This document shows positions 1 to 9,740 of a stretch of 64,000 bases of DNA, piece by piece. This stretch comes from an uncultured bacterium (GTDB lineage Bacteria; Krumholzibacteriota; Krumholzibacteriia; LZORAL124-64-63). Location: NCBI GenBank assembly GCA_963727525.1, contig CAVSGO010000007.1, forward strand, positions 1,120,001 to 1,184,000, given 5' to 3'. Position 1 is the stretch's first letter; each line of letters begins with the position of its first letter. A program made the translations under genes and the position numbers. A model generated the notes under the pieces. The model was not told where the DNA came from and made no database searches. It was given only the letters and a program-made list of their open reading frames with translations.

Positions 1-87
1 AACTGTGGCGCGGACGCCTGCCAGAGCGTGCCGCACCTGCATCTGCACGTGATGGGGGGACGGCAGTTCAGCTGGCCTCCCGGATGA
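1..87 (+). CDS. HIT-family nucleotide-binding protein (HinT-like), 3' end only
   Basis: Frame 1 reads NCGADACQSVPHLHLHVMGGRQFSWPPG*, with the HxHxH triad and the typical WPPG terminus. Confidence 0.85.
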   Translation, partial: NCGADACQSVPHLHLHVMGGRQFSWPPG

Positions 88-114
88 TGTCCGCACGTCC
101 CCGCCATGGGATAT

Positions 115-157
115 GACGAGGGGGGCCGGTCCACCCGACCGGTCCCCCTCGTCGTTT
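115..157. terminator. Probable bidirectional intrinsic terminator
   Basis: Hairpin GACGAGGGGGGCCGGT / ACCGGTCCCCCTCGTC followed by GTTT, between convergent genes. Confidence 0.7.
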
Positions 158-169
158 CGCGGCCGCCGC

Positions 170-817
170 TCAGATATCGTAGAGCCCACGCCCCACACGC
201 TTGATTCGCGTGCTCGTGGAGAGCGTGCGTCGCAGCACGTTGTCGAAGTTGGCGCTCTTCGTGGCGAACAGCTTCTTACTCGTGATGGTCTTCAGAAGCT
301 CCTGGAACGGGATCGCCTCGCCGCGCCTGGCGATGACGTCGTGGATGACGTCCTCGAGGGTCACCTTCCCGCCCGCGCGCGCCTTCGTCGTCTTGCCCGT
401 TTTCTTCGCAGTTTTCTTGGCGGCCTTCTTCGCCGACTTCTTGGTCACCTTCTTCTTGGTCGCCTTCTTCCTGGTCGTCTTCTTCCTGGTCGCCTTCTTC
501 TTGGCGGCCTTCTTCGCGGTCTTCTTGGCGGCCTTCTTCCCTACCTTCTTGGCAACCTTCTTGGTCGTCTTGCGCCCCCGCTTCTTACGGCCCGTCTTCT
601 TACGGGCTGTCTTGCGCACCGACCGGCGACCCGCGGCCTTACCGCTCATGACCGACCCGGCGACCAGCTGGGATAGCTCGTCCTCGATCAGGTCCAGTTC
701 GTCGCGCAACTCCGTCCGGCGTTCCTCGAGCGTCTCGATACGCTCCTTCGTAGCAATCAGCTCCTCCAGCTCCGCACGACTCAGACCCTTGAGAAGGGTC
801 ATGACGTTGGTTGGCAT
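170..817 (-). CDS. Lys/Ala-rich histone H1-like DNA-binding protein with N-terminal coiled coil and C-terminal putative winged helix
   Basis: ATG at 817 preceded by AGGAG; acidic coiled coil, then KKAAKKTAKK-type repeats, then a globular C-terminus ending RVGRGLYDI. Confidence 0.75.
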   Translation of the reverse strand: MPTNVMTLLKGLSRAELEELIATKERIETLEERRTELRDELDLIEDELSQLVAGSVMSGKAAGRRSVRKTARKKTGRKKRGRKTTKKVAKKVGKKAAKKTAKKAAKKKATRKKTTRKKATKKKVTKKSAKKAAKKTAKKTGKTTKARAGGKVTLEDVIHDVIARRGEAIPFQELLKTITSKKLFATKSANFDNVLRRTLSTSTRIKRVGRGLYDI

Positions 818-900
818 AATATCGACTCCTTCCGCGGCGTTCTTGCATGTCCGCAGCAACAGTATGAAAGAACATGAATGGCGTCAACAGAGAAACAGGT

Positions 901-2535
901 TCAACGGCTGCGATAGCGCCGTGCAGACGGGGGGATCCACCAGTCCTGAAGATTGTTGTAGGGCGAGAGCAGGTGTGGGCGCACGCCCTGAATACGCGCG
1001 CTCACAGCCATCAATGTGGTCGGGTAATAAAGGAGAACGTCAGGCGGATCAGCGGCCAGTTCCGTCTGGATCTCGTGCCAGAGCGGGCGGGCTCGTTCGC
1101 GATCGCTCTCCCGCAGTGCCACCGTGAGTAGCGAATCGACCCGGGCATTCGAGTAACCACCGAAGTTGAAACGGTCCTGGGCGTCGGTGCGGACGAGTTC
1201 GGATGGATCGCCATAGAGATTGGCGTTGAATTCGACCAGTGCCGCGTCGAAGGAACCTTCCTGCAGGGCGGCGATCATGGTGGCCAGCTCCAGACGCCGC
1301 GGCCTCACCTCGACACCGACAGCGCCGAGATACGTACGCACGAGCGCCGCCGTCTCCTCGGATACCGGATCGCCACCCTTGACCATCATCTCGAGACGCA
1401 GCGGCTTGCCGTCACGGTCGACCCGTCCGTCACCATCATGGTCCTCCCAGCCAGCCTCGGCCAGCAGGCGCCGCGCCTCGGCGGGATCGTAAGGATCCGA
1501 CGCGACCGTCGCATCGTGATTCCAGAGGGACGGTGGCAACAAGCTCGCGGCCGGCTGGCCGAATCCCTGCAGCACGTCGTGCACGAGCCGGTCGCGATCG
1601 ATCGCCAGCGACAGGGCGCGCCGCACACGGACGTCGGCGCACACGCCTCGCCGGAGATTCCAGATGATGAAGGTCAGCGCGCGGCCCGGAATCTGGTAGA
1701 TCGTCACGTCCGGATCCTGCGTCAACCGCTGCGCCGCGCTGGCCGTGAGATCCGCGACCACGTCCACCTCGCCCGTCTCCAGAGCCAGCACGCGCGCGGT
1801 CTCGTCCGGCAGCACGCGCATGATCACACGATCCAGCCAGGGATGCGGCAACGGGTACGCGGGATTCGGAACCAGCGTGAGCTGGCGACCACGTTCCCAG
1901 GTCTCGAGCATGAACGGTCCCGAGGCGAGCGGATGTTGATTCAGTGGCCAGTGCGCAACGTCGGCCGCCGCCAGGTCACGGGTCACGTGCCATGGCAGGA
2001 TCGCGTAGACGGTCTTCTCCACGGGCCGCGGCACGGGGTGCTTCAGCTCGAACCGGACCGTCGCGGAGTCCACCTCCACCACTCTCGCAACCACTCGGAA
2101 CTGACCGGCGCGCGGACTGGCGACGCGCGGATCCATGAGCAGCTCGTAGCTGCTGACGACGTCGCGCGCCGTCAGGGGCACGCCATCGGACCAGGACCAC
2201 GGCCGCAGATGATACGTGATGGCGAGGCTGTCGGGCGCCACCGACCAGGACGACGCGATCATCGGCCCCCACTCGAGATCCTCCCCCATCTCCGCCAGTC
2301 CGGCCTGGACCAGGGACAGCACCTGCCCGGCCACCGCCGAGGACCGAATGAGGGAGTTCATGACATCTGGTTCGTCTGCGAGAGCGATGACAGCCGTGCC
2401 GCCGGCGACCGGCTGCGCATCGACGCGTCCGGAAGGAGGCGCCTCGTGGTGGTCATCGCGGCCCTGGCAACCACCGAGAGCGAGCAGCGCCACCAGGACG
2501 ATCGATGCAGGAGAAGGCCGGGTGCGACCGGGCAA
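901..2535 (-). CDS. ABC transporter peptide/oligopeptide substrate-binding lipoprotein (SBP family 5)
   Basis: Lipobox LGGC; motifs WSDGVPLTARDV, SGPFMLETW, VRRALSLAIDR, GYSNARVD; TTG start after GAAGGAG is inferred. Confidence 0.85.
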   Translation of the reverse strand: MPGRTRPSPASIVLVALLALGGCQGRDDHHEAPPSGRVDAQPVAGGTAVIALADEPDVMNSLIRSSAVAGQVLSLVQAGLAEMGEDLEWGPMIASSWSVAPDSLAITYHLRPWSWSDGVPLTARDVVSSYELLMDPRVASPRAGQFRVVARVVEVDSATVRFELKHPVPRPVEKTVYAILPWHVTRDLAAADVAHWPLNQHPLASGPFMLETWERGRQLTLVPNPAYPLPHPWLDRVIMRVLPDETARVLALETGEVDVVADLTASAAQRLTQDPDVTIYQIPGRALTFIIWNLRRGVCADVRVRRALSLAIDRDRLVHDVLQGFGQPAASLLPPSLWNHDATVASDPYDPAEARRLLAEAGWEDHDGDGRVDRDGKPLRLEMMVKGGDPVSEETAALVRTYLGAVGVEVRPRRLELATMIAALQEGSFDAALVEFNANLYGDPSELVRTDAQDRFNFGGYSNARVDSLLTVALRESDRERARPLWHEIQTELAADPPDVLLYYPTTLMAVSARIQGVRPHLLSPYNNLQDWWIPPSARRYRSR

Positions 2536-2692
2536 GGAGGCTCCTTCGACACGGGAAAACTCTCGTTGATCGTACGGTCTAGCCGCCGCCGCGGTCAATG
2601 TCGCAGGGCGCCTGACGACGCGCCAGCAAAGAACGGCGGGGCTCCGGATCGAGCCGGAACCCCGCGTCGCGTCCTTGCCTCCGTCGGAGGCG

Positions 2693-5600
2693 TTACTTGA
2701 CCAGCGAGATCTTGAAATTCGTCGCCTGCCCCGCATGGGTCGCCCGCAGCACGTAGACGCCACTGGCCAGAGCGCGGCCACTGCCATCGTGACCGTCCCA
2801 GGTGTACGTCTGCCAGCCCGTCGGCACCTCGCCATGCTGGAGCTGCCTTACCCGCCGACCGGCGAGGTCATAGACCGACACGTCGAGCTGGGCCGTCGCC
2901 CCCGCCGCGCCGGGCACGTATAGCCGGACGGAAGACTGCGGATTGAAGGGGTTGGGGTACGGCGGTTGCACCACGAAGGACGCCGGGAGATCCGCGTCGG
3001 GCACCGGCACGCCCGTGAGATCGGCCAGTACGCCCGTACGTGCCATGTTGCCATGGAACGTGGGCCAGGGCACCCGACCCGCGTTATAGGCGAACGGCAT
3101 GTCCCAGACATGGATGTAGCGGTCCCAGGCCCCGTACACGATGTCGACGTCGCCGTCACCGTTGAGGTCGCAGATCACGGGCGCCGTGCGCAGCGGCCCG
3201 TCCAGATGGATCGGGAAACCGGTGATTGATGTGCCGTCGGCGTGCAAGGCGTACAGGTTCTCCGGCGCCTCGGTGGCGCCGCCACCGATACCCACGAGAA
3301 TGTCGAGGGACATGTCGCCGTCGATGTCGCCGATCACCGGGCTGCCCTCCGTGTTGCCCGGCAACGTCACGGGCCAGCCGCTCATGATGTGGCCGCTCGT
3401 ACCGTCGTCGATGCCCGTGTCGACCGCCACGAGGTCGAGCCGCTGGCCGCCGCCGTTGATCGGCCAGAGAATCTCGGGATGGCCATCGCCGTCGAGATCG
3501 CCGAGGGCCGGACTCGGTCCGGCGCTCTCGTCCCAGGGTATACCGGAGCGGGTGATCGGGAAACCGGGGTACGCCACGCCATTGCTGCGTACGACGAAGA
3601 GGCGGTGGGAGACGTCGAAGAACACGATCTCCGGACTCCCGTCGCCATCGAGATCGGCGGCCGCGGGGCTGCAAATGACCCGATTCGTGCCGGTCGCGAT
3701 CGGGAAGCCCGGCATCATGGAACCATCGAAGCGATAGGCCAGCAGACCGTTGTTGCTGTTGTAGTACAGCGTGCCCATGACGATCTCGAGCTTGCCATCG
3801 CCATCGAGATCGACCAGGGTCGGCGACGAGTAGTTCCACGTCTCGTCAGGGCGCACTGCGAAGACACCGTTCGTCGCCGGATCGTTGTCGCCGTCACGCA
3901 GCTCGGTACCGTCCACGTGCCACACGTAGGTGCGTCCCGCGACGTTGTTGACGACGATCTCCGGTTCGCCATCTCCGTCGACGTCGCCGATCGCCGGCGT
4001 CGCCCAGTTCCAGTCGTTCATCGTCTGCGGCCAACCCGGCATGATCGACCCGTCGGCCCGATAGATGTAGATCTTCTTGCCGACGAGTCGTTCGCTCACC
4101 ACGATTTCCAGTCCCGGTTGCCCATCGAGGTTGGCCAGAGCGACACCCGCCGGTTCGAACTGCCCGTCGATCCCGGTGATCGGTCCGTTGGTCTGGGCGT
4201 CGTGGTCGCCATCGATCAGTTCCTGACCGTTGGCCTGCCACACGTAGACCTCGTCCGAAGCGAGGACGATCTCGAGCGTACCATCGCCGTTCACGTCGCC
4301 GACGGCCGGGTGACTGCTCGTCTCGACAGCGAACGGCTGCGGAAACGCCTCCATCTCCGGCGGCGTCGTGGGTTGCGAGATCACCGGCGACGCCGCGCTC
4401 TCCACGAGCGACGAATCCACGGCGGTGACCTTGTAATAGTAGACCGTGAGCTGATCGAGCCCGTCGTCCTCGTAGAACGAGACGCCATCGAGAAGGTCGG
4501 GATTGACACGCGCATACGTCCCCGACTCGCTCGTGGATCGGTACACGTTGTAGCCACGGACATCGGCATCGTTCACTGGCGCCCAGCGCAGCGCGATCGT
4601 GTTCGGCCCGAGCGTGGTATCCGTCGTCGGCACTTCCGGAGTCGAGGGCGGCGCCAGCGTGAAGTCATGGCGCACCGTGCGACCGTAGTTGTCGACGACC
4701 AGGAGCCAGCACGGGCTGCTCGCCGCGTTGGCCGCGTTGATCACGCGCAACGAGAGCGTCTGCGCTCCGGCCTGGGAATCGAGCAGGTTCAAACCGCTGT
4801 AAGTGGTCAGCGTGTCCACGAGCGTGATGTTCGCACTGCTCGTGCGCAGGCGACCGGTCCCCGAATCGTAGCGACCCGCTCCGTAGTTCTTGAGGTTCAC
4901 GGACACGGCCACGCGCTCGTTGTTCTCGAGAATGCCATTGCCGTTGCCGTACGGCGCGCTGTCGCTCCAGGTGAGCGCGACCGGTTCCACCTCCGGTGCC
5001 ATCACGGGGAGTTTGAGCTGACTGACGAAATTGCCGGTCCCGTTGACGGTGATGGTCACCGTAAGGTCGACGAACGCGCCGTCGGTCATGCTCGATGCCA
5101 GGTTCAGCACCACGTTCTGCTGCGAGACGCCATAGCCATTCGCCGCGATGTTGGCGAACGCCACGGTACCCACGAGCACGGTCGCGCCGGGCGTCGACGT
5201 CGTCACGTGTGCCTGCACGTTCGTGGCACCCGCGCCGCCCTGGTCGTGGGCCACCAGCGTCAATTCGACGGTTTCACCGGCTTCGGCCTGATTGTTGCCA
5301 TTGCCCACCACGGCGCCGGATCCGCTCTGGTCATGCAGGAGCTCGTCGGTGCAGGTGACATAGGTCGAGGGAACAGTGATGGTCACGTTGCGGGTCGTGC
5401 GCGCGAGATCGAGGCCGGTCGCCGTCACCACGAGCTGGCCCGCGGAGTGGGCGTTCACCGAGAGGGCCGCCTGGCCCGACGCGTTTGTCAGCCCGTACGC
5501 GTAGGTCTCGGCGTCCTTGGCCGCGCAAACCAGAGCGCCGGCGACCGGGCTGCCGCTGGCGGTGACCGTCACCGTCAACGTGCGCGGTCCGGTCGGAATC

Positions 5601-7522
5601 GACGACGCCGCCGACACCGTGATCGCGCGCGGTTGCCCGGTCCAGATCGCGAGCGCGGGATCGCCCAGGAGGTTGTAGTTGAGCTGCGTCCAGCGGTCGA
5701 CTGTGTTGCGATCCGTATTGTCCACGTACGGCAGTCGGCTGTAGGTAACAGCATCCGCTGCCCGGTCGACACCATTGCACAGCAAGCCTGTGTAGAACTG
5801 CTGCTGGTAGTTGTCGCTGGTCGCGGGGAAGGCCTCGCGCGAGGAGCCGATCGAGGCGATCGACCCACCATGGGGATTCTGCAGGAATCGCTCCATGAGG
5901 CACGAGAAGTCGAAGGCTCCGGACGCGCAGTTCAGCGCGTAGAGGACGAAGTAATTCGGGTTCGTGAGCATATCCGCGTCCCCGGTGCGGAAGTTCGCGT
6001 CGCCCACGGACATATTGAAATAATAGCCGTGGCCGATCTGATTGAACATGCCGTAGTGACCCGTGTTGAGCGTGTCGATGAGGGCGGCCCGGGTCAGGTG
6101 CGCCGCACCGCTGTAGGCAGTGTTGTTCTCGTACATTCGGGTCGGCGCCATCGTCGTGCACGGCGTCAACTGGTTATCGATGATCTCCTCCGCATACGTC
6201 GCACCGTCGAGCGAGATCGAGTCGCCGGGATGCCAGTCGGCAGGGAAGAGCACCTCGGCCGCGAAGAGGAAGCGATTCGGCCAGTTCGTACTGGCCGCGG
6301 CCGACTCGTAGGCGATGACCTTGTCGACGAAGGCTTGGGCGGCGTCGACCGTGCTCACCGGCGCACGGCCGATGCCCACCTCGGCCATGAAATCAGCCTC
6401 GTCGCCGGGCTGGACGGTGCTGTAGTAGGGCTGCCCCATCCAGCTGTCACCATCGGCGTTCCAGTTGCCATCGAGGCACGAGAAGTAGAGATCGGTCGGC
6501 ACGTCGGTGTGCCCGCCGAAGGGATAGAAATTCGAGCGCACCCACCGCGGCGGCAGAATGTCGGTATCGCCGCCGAGCAGCACGTACTCCATGCCCCACT
6601 TCGCATAGGCGTCCTGGAGAAACAGGCGCAGCGTCTCCTGGAAGTCGACGCCATGCCGGCCGTGCGACTCGATCCACGACCGCGTCACGACGAGCCCCGG
6701 GAAGCCCTGGGCCGTGCGGAACTGGACGAGGCGGTTGAACTCCAGCGCCATCGCCTGATTCGTGATCACCAGATACCGGACCGGGCTGCCCTCGAGGCTC
6801 GGGTTCGGTGTCGGCAGGAATGCCTCGCCATCCGCGCTCACCTTGACGCCGTCCTGGCGGGCATAGCCGCCGAGCACCTCGGGATTGACGACCAGCTTCT
6901 GCAAGGCCGACTCGAGGCGCTGCCGCTCACCCGGCACGAGACGCTGGCGCGCGAGAGGCGGCTCCACAGTGATCGCCGGATCCGTCACCTGCCGGATCCG
7001 GAACGCATCGAGCACCTCCACCTGGGGCGTGCCATCGGCGGTCGGTGCAACGGCGCGCAGCGGATACACGGTGACGGCGGCGAGCCGGTAGCCGTGCCAG
7101 GTCCGCAGACCGCGATACTCGCCCCAGACGGCGGGAAACGCCGCATCGCTCGCCGGCACAATATCCACGGCGCGGGTGCCGCCATCACTCGCCTGCAATG
7201 GCGCCGCGACCGCGAGGGCGCCGGGCGCTTCCTCCACGTGGGTCGCCAGCGGCTCCACCACCAGATCGGCCAGCGGCAGATCCGCCGGGATCAGCAGCAT
7301 GATGTCACGGGCGGGAAGGTCGGGGCGGTCGGTTTGATCGAGTGTGCGGCCCCCGATCAGTTCCGCGTGGTACCCGGCATCCGTCCGGTACCAGGTCCAG
7401 TCCGCCGGCTGCGTCTGACCCGTGAAGACTACCTGGGACGGCGCCGCCAGCGCCGTTCCAGACATCAAGACAGCAGCGAGCAGAAGCATGATCGCGCGAG
7501 AAGGAACTAACGTCCGGGACAT
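2693..7522 (-). CDS. Secreted gingipain-like C25 cysteine peptidase with Ig-like/FN3 domains, FG-GAP repeats and FlgD-Ig/T9SS-like C-terminal domain
   Basis: Signal peptide; YVLLGGD, IGRAPV, GHG (His), ALNC (Cys), YNLLGDP; DLDGDG repeats; PNPFNP...KISLVK C-terminus; ATG at 7522 with GGAGG. Confidence 0.85.
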   Translation of the reverse strand: MSRTLVPSRAIMLLLAAVLMSGTALAAPSQVVFTGQTQPADWTWYRTDAGYHAELIGGRTLDQTDRPDLPARDIMLLIPADLPLADLVVEPLATHVEEAPGALAVAAPLQASDGGTRAVDIVPASDAAFPAVWGEYRGLRTWHGYRLAAVTVYPLRAVAPTADGTPQVEVLDAFRIRQVTDPAITVEPPLARQRLVPGERQRLESALQKLVVNPEVLGGYARQDGVKVSADGEAFLPTPNPSLEGSPVRYLVITNQAMALEFNRLVQFRTAQGFPGLVVTRSWIESHGRHGVDFQETLRLFLQDAYAKWGMEYVLLGGDTDILPPRWVRSNFYPFGGHTDVPTDLYFSCLDGNWNADGDSWMGQPYYSTVQPGDEADFMAEVGIGRAPVSTVDAAQAFVDKVIAYESAAASTNWPNRFLFAAEVLFPADWHPGDSISLDGATYAEEIIDNQLTPCTTMAPTRMYENNTAYSGAAHLTRAALIDTLNTGHYGMFNQIGHGYYFNMSVGDANFRTGDADMLTNPNYFVLYALNCASGAFDFSCLMERFLQNPHGGSIASIGSSREAFPATSDNYQQQFYTGLLCNGVDRAADAVTYSRLPYVDNTDRNTVDRWTQLNYNLLGDPALAIWTGQPRAITVSAASSIPTGPRTLTVTVTASGSPVAGALVCAAKDAETYAYGLTNASGQAALSVNAHSAGQLVVTATGLDLARTTRNVTITVPSTYVTCTDELLHDQSGSGAVVGNGNNQAEAGETVELTLVAHDQGGAGATNVQAHVTTSTPGATVLVGTVAFANIAANGYGVSQQNVVLNLASSMTDGAFVDLTVTITVNGTGNFVSQLKLPVMAPEVEPVALTWSDSAPYGNGNGILENNERVAVSVNLKNYGAGRYDSGTGRLRTSSANITLVDTLTTYSGLNLLDSQAGAQTLSLRVINAANAASSPCWLLVVDNYGRTVRHDFTLAPPSTPEVPTTDTTLGPNTIALRWAPVNDADVRGYNVYRSTSESGTYARVNPDLLDGVSFYEDDGLDQLTVYYYKVTAVDSSLVESAASPVISQPTTPPEMEAFPQPFAVETSSHPAVGDVNGDGTLEIVLASDEVYVWQANGQELIDGDHDAQTNGPITGIDGQFEPAGVALANLDGQPGLEIVVSERLVGKKIYIYRADGSIMPGWPQTMNDWNWATPAIGDVDGDGEPEIVVNNVAGRTYVWHVDGTELRDGDNDPATNGVFAVRPDETWNYSSPTLVDLDGDGKLEIVMGTLYYNSNNGLLAYRFDGSMMPGFPIATGTNRVICSPAAADLDGDGSPEIVFFDVSHRLFVVRSNGVAYPGFPITRSGIPWDESAGPSPALGDLDGDGHPEILWPINGGGQRLDLVAVDTGIDDGTSGHIMSGWPVTLPGNTEGSPVIGDIDGDMSLDILVGIGGGATEAPENLYALHADGTSITGFPIHLDGPLRTAPVICDLNGDGDVDIVYGAWDRYIHVWDMPFAYNAGRVPWPTFHGNMARTGVLADLTGVPVPDADLPASFVVQPPYPNPFNPQSSVRLYVPGAAGATAQLDVSVYDLAGRRVRQLQHGEVPTGWQTYTWDGHDGSGRALASGVYVLRATHAGQATNFKISLVK

Positions 7523-7738
7523 GCCTGACCTCCAGTAGGGATTGGTCTCGTGATACCAGAGAGGCCTGGACCCTTCCGGGGGGAAGAAGGGCGAGTGAGC
7601 GCTCGGCGACCCGGTCCGTGGGCCGCGCAGACGAAATCGTACTGTACCACAAAACGTCGAGATGGTCAATCAAGTCTGTTGATGTCCGATTAGAGAATCT
7701 CGCCGAATAACAGGCGGGTCGACCGTTTCCGCGCCGGA

Positions 7739-9064
7739 TCAAGGGATCAGGCGGCGCGTCTCCCCCGGGCCCACGCCGATCACGCGCGCCGCCGGCGCGC
7801 CTCCGGCTGCCGCCATCGCCACCGCAGGCACGACCAGCAGGCGTCGGCTGTGCGTGTAGTTCCGAACGACGATCTCCCGACCCACCACACGCCAGGAGGT
7901 CCCATGACGCTGGAGGCTCCCGATCTCCCCATCGACGAGGTAGATCGGCGCCGTGCCGGCACCCGGCGGCGCGATCGCCGTGAGCATGGCGTCGAGCGAC
8001 TGCAGACCGCGGTCGACGACAGTGGTATCGAGGTGGACGAAGTTGATCCGATGCGTCTCCACGATGGCCGGTTCGCCCCATCGCCACGCGCGGTGGACCG
8101 CTGCGGTGCAGGCGCGGATCGTGGCCTCGCGATCCGGACTCTGCACCGGTTCGAGCAGGCAGTTGCGATCGAGATACGTACGATCGCGCCGGACCTGACG
8201 CGCCCAGGTCCGGTCGAGCACCTTGAGGATGCGACCGATCCGGCTGTTCCAGGCGGGATTGCGCTGCTCCCGCTTGGCCTGGATCACGCGGATTCCGCGG
8301 CTGACCCAGAGCCGTTCGCAACGGTCGTCCCAGTGGTAATCCGGGGCGATCACCGAACGCGGGGGCATCCCGAAGACGTCCTGGAATACGACCAGGCCGT
8401 GGTCCAGTTCGCCGGCCAGTTGCGCGGAACTGCGCCACGGTCCCAGTTCCCAGGTTCTCTCGCTGTGCGGAAAGATGGTGACTTCCCGCTCCGCTGCTTC
8501 GCGCGCCACCGGTGTGGACAGGGACAGTTCGCGGCGGCGTGCCGGATCGTAGTGATAGCGGCCATGGAACTCGGGGTGCAGCGCCCCGGACGCGATCGCG
8601 GTCTGGACCGCCCGCCAGAGCCCGGGCCGCGTGTAGGCTGGCGGCAGGTCGGGCAGGTCGCGTTCCTGCCACTGCCACGTCGAGTCGCCGCGATCGGCGG
8701 TCGGCTCCCAGGTGAGCGACGAGAGGATGTAGTTGGACTGCAGGACGGCCGGCAAACCGTCACGGCCCCGGTGGCGCTTGAGTACGCCCGCGAGTTGAGC
8801 CACCGTCGCACTGTCCTCCAGGGTCGACTGCCAGTACACGGGCGGAAATGGACCGGGCGCCAGGGCCTTGCGGTCGAGCCCGTCGAGCGCCCCTGCGCTG
8901 GGTACGAATCCGCAGAGGCCCCAGTCGTCGCTCTCCATCGCGACGGCCCGGACCGTGCGCCAGTCCACCGCGGCCGGATTGCGCCCCAGCACGAGCGCGA
9001 ACGCCCCGCACACCAGTGCGAGCACCAGGCCCCCCGCGCGCAGCATGACATGTCGGATGCGCAT
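7739..9064 (-). CDS. Membrane-anchored polysaccharide deacetylase-like protein
   Basis: N-terminal TM segment; ESDDWG, HPEFHGRYH and ETHRINF motifs resemble the deacetylase/GH beta-alpha barrel proteins of polysaccharide loci. Confidence 0.55.
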   Translation of the reverse strand: MRIRHVMLRAGGLVLALVCGAFALVLGRNPAAVDWRTVRAVAMESDDWGLCGFVPSAGALDGLDRKALAPGPFPPVYWQSTLEDSATVAQLAGVLKRHRGRDGLPAVLQSNYILSSLTWEPTADRGDSTWQWQERDLPDLPPAYTRPGLWRAVQTAIASGALHPEFHGRYHYDPARRRELSLSTPVAREAAEREVTIFPHSERTWELGPWRSSAQLAGELDHGLVVFQDVFGMPPRSVIAPDYHWDDRCERLWVSRGIRVIQAKREQRNPAWNSRIGRILKVLDRTWARQVRRDRTYLDRNCLLEPVQSPDREATIRACTAAVHRAWRWGEPAIVETHRINFVHLDTTVVDRGLQSLDAMLTAIAPPGAGTAPIYLVDGEIGSLQRHGTSWRVVGREIVVRNYTHSRRLLVVPAVAMAAAGGAPAARVIGVGPGETRRLIP

Positions 9065-9065
9065 G

Positions 9066-9740
9066 CTAGCTCTCCCACGTCCAGCGCGCCCACCAGTACG
9101 AACCGTAGCTCAGTCCCTCGGCCGCGATGGCACGGCAAAGGCGATCGGCCTCGCCACCCGGCTGGCGCCGCCGACCCGCCAGCCATCGCAGGATACGGTC
9201 CGGATCGGCCGGCCAGGTGTTCGTCGCCTGCCCGTCGAGCCAGTGGCCACCCCAGCCCCAGCTCTCGCGCGCGTCCCGGAACGTCGCGGCGGCCAGGAGC
9301 GGCTCCCGCCCGACACCGGCAAGTTGCGCCAGAAAGCCTTGCAGGTCGCGATAATTTCGCGCCGAGGCGGGTTCCCCCGCAGGCTCGTCCTCGAAGAGAT
9401 AGAGCGCGTGCCCGGCGGCCGGCAATAGCGACCAGGCCAGGGGGCCCCGGCCGCCACGAACCTGCGGCCAGACCTGACGCAGGAGGTTCGCCGCCACGAC
9501 GAGCGCGCAGGTTCCCTCGCGAACCGGCGGTCTCAGGGCATCACCGACGACCTGCGCCACCGTGCCGGCAGCCGGCCGCCGCCGGTCGAGCGTCACGACG
9601 TCGATGCCACGTTCGCGGAGCAGGGCGGTGAAGGCCCCGTCTCCGCAGCCGAGTTCCAGCACCGGCATGCGGCGTGCATCGGACCATGCAAGCGAGCCCA
9701 GATCGTCAAGAAACGTCCTGGGAAGAGGGAAGAAGGGCAT
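9066..9740 (-). CDS. Class I SAM-dependent methyltransferase
   Basis: VLELGCGDG motif I and VVGDA motif. Confidence 0.75.
   Translation of the reverse strand: MPFFPLPRTFLDDLGSLAWSDARRMPVLELGCGDGAFTALLRERGIDVVTLDRRRPAAGTVAQVVGDALRPPVREGTCALVVAANLLRQVWPQVRGGRGPLAWSLLPAAGHALYLFEDEPAGEPASARNYRDLQGFLAQLAGVGREPLLAAATFRDARESWGWGGHWLDGQATNTWPADPDRILRWLAGRRRQPGGEADRLCRAIAAEGLSYGSYWWARWTWES

Noticed and set aside
201-1127. Phe/Leu-rich 'membrane protein' ORF on the plus strand
   Set aside because: Reverse-complement artefact of the AAG (Lys) repeats in the H1-like gene.
3242-7510. 1422-aa plus-strand ORF (likewise 41631-45233 +, 56568-60068 -, 39083-40378 +, 15583-17451 -)
   Set aside because: Antisense shadows of well-supported GC-rich genes; Arg/His/Val-rich translations without motifs.
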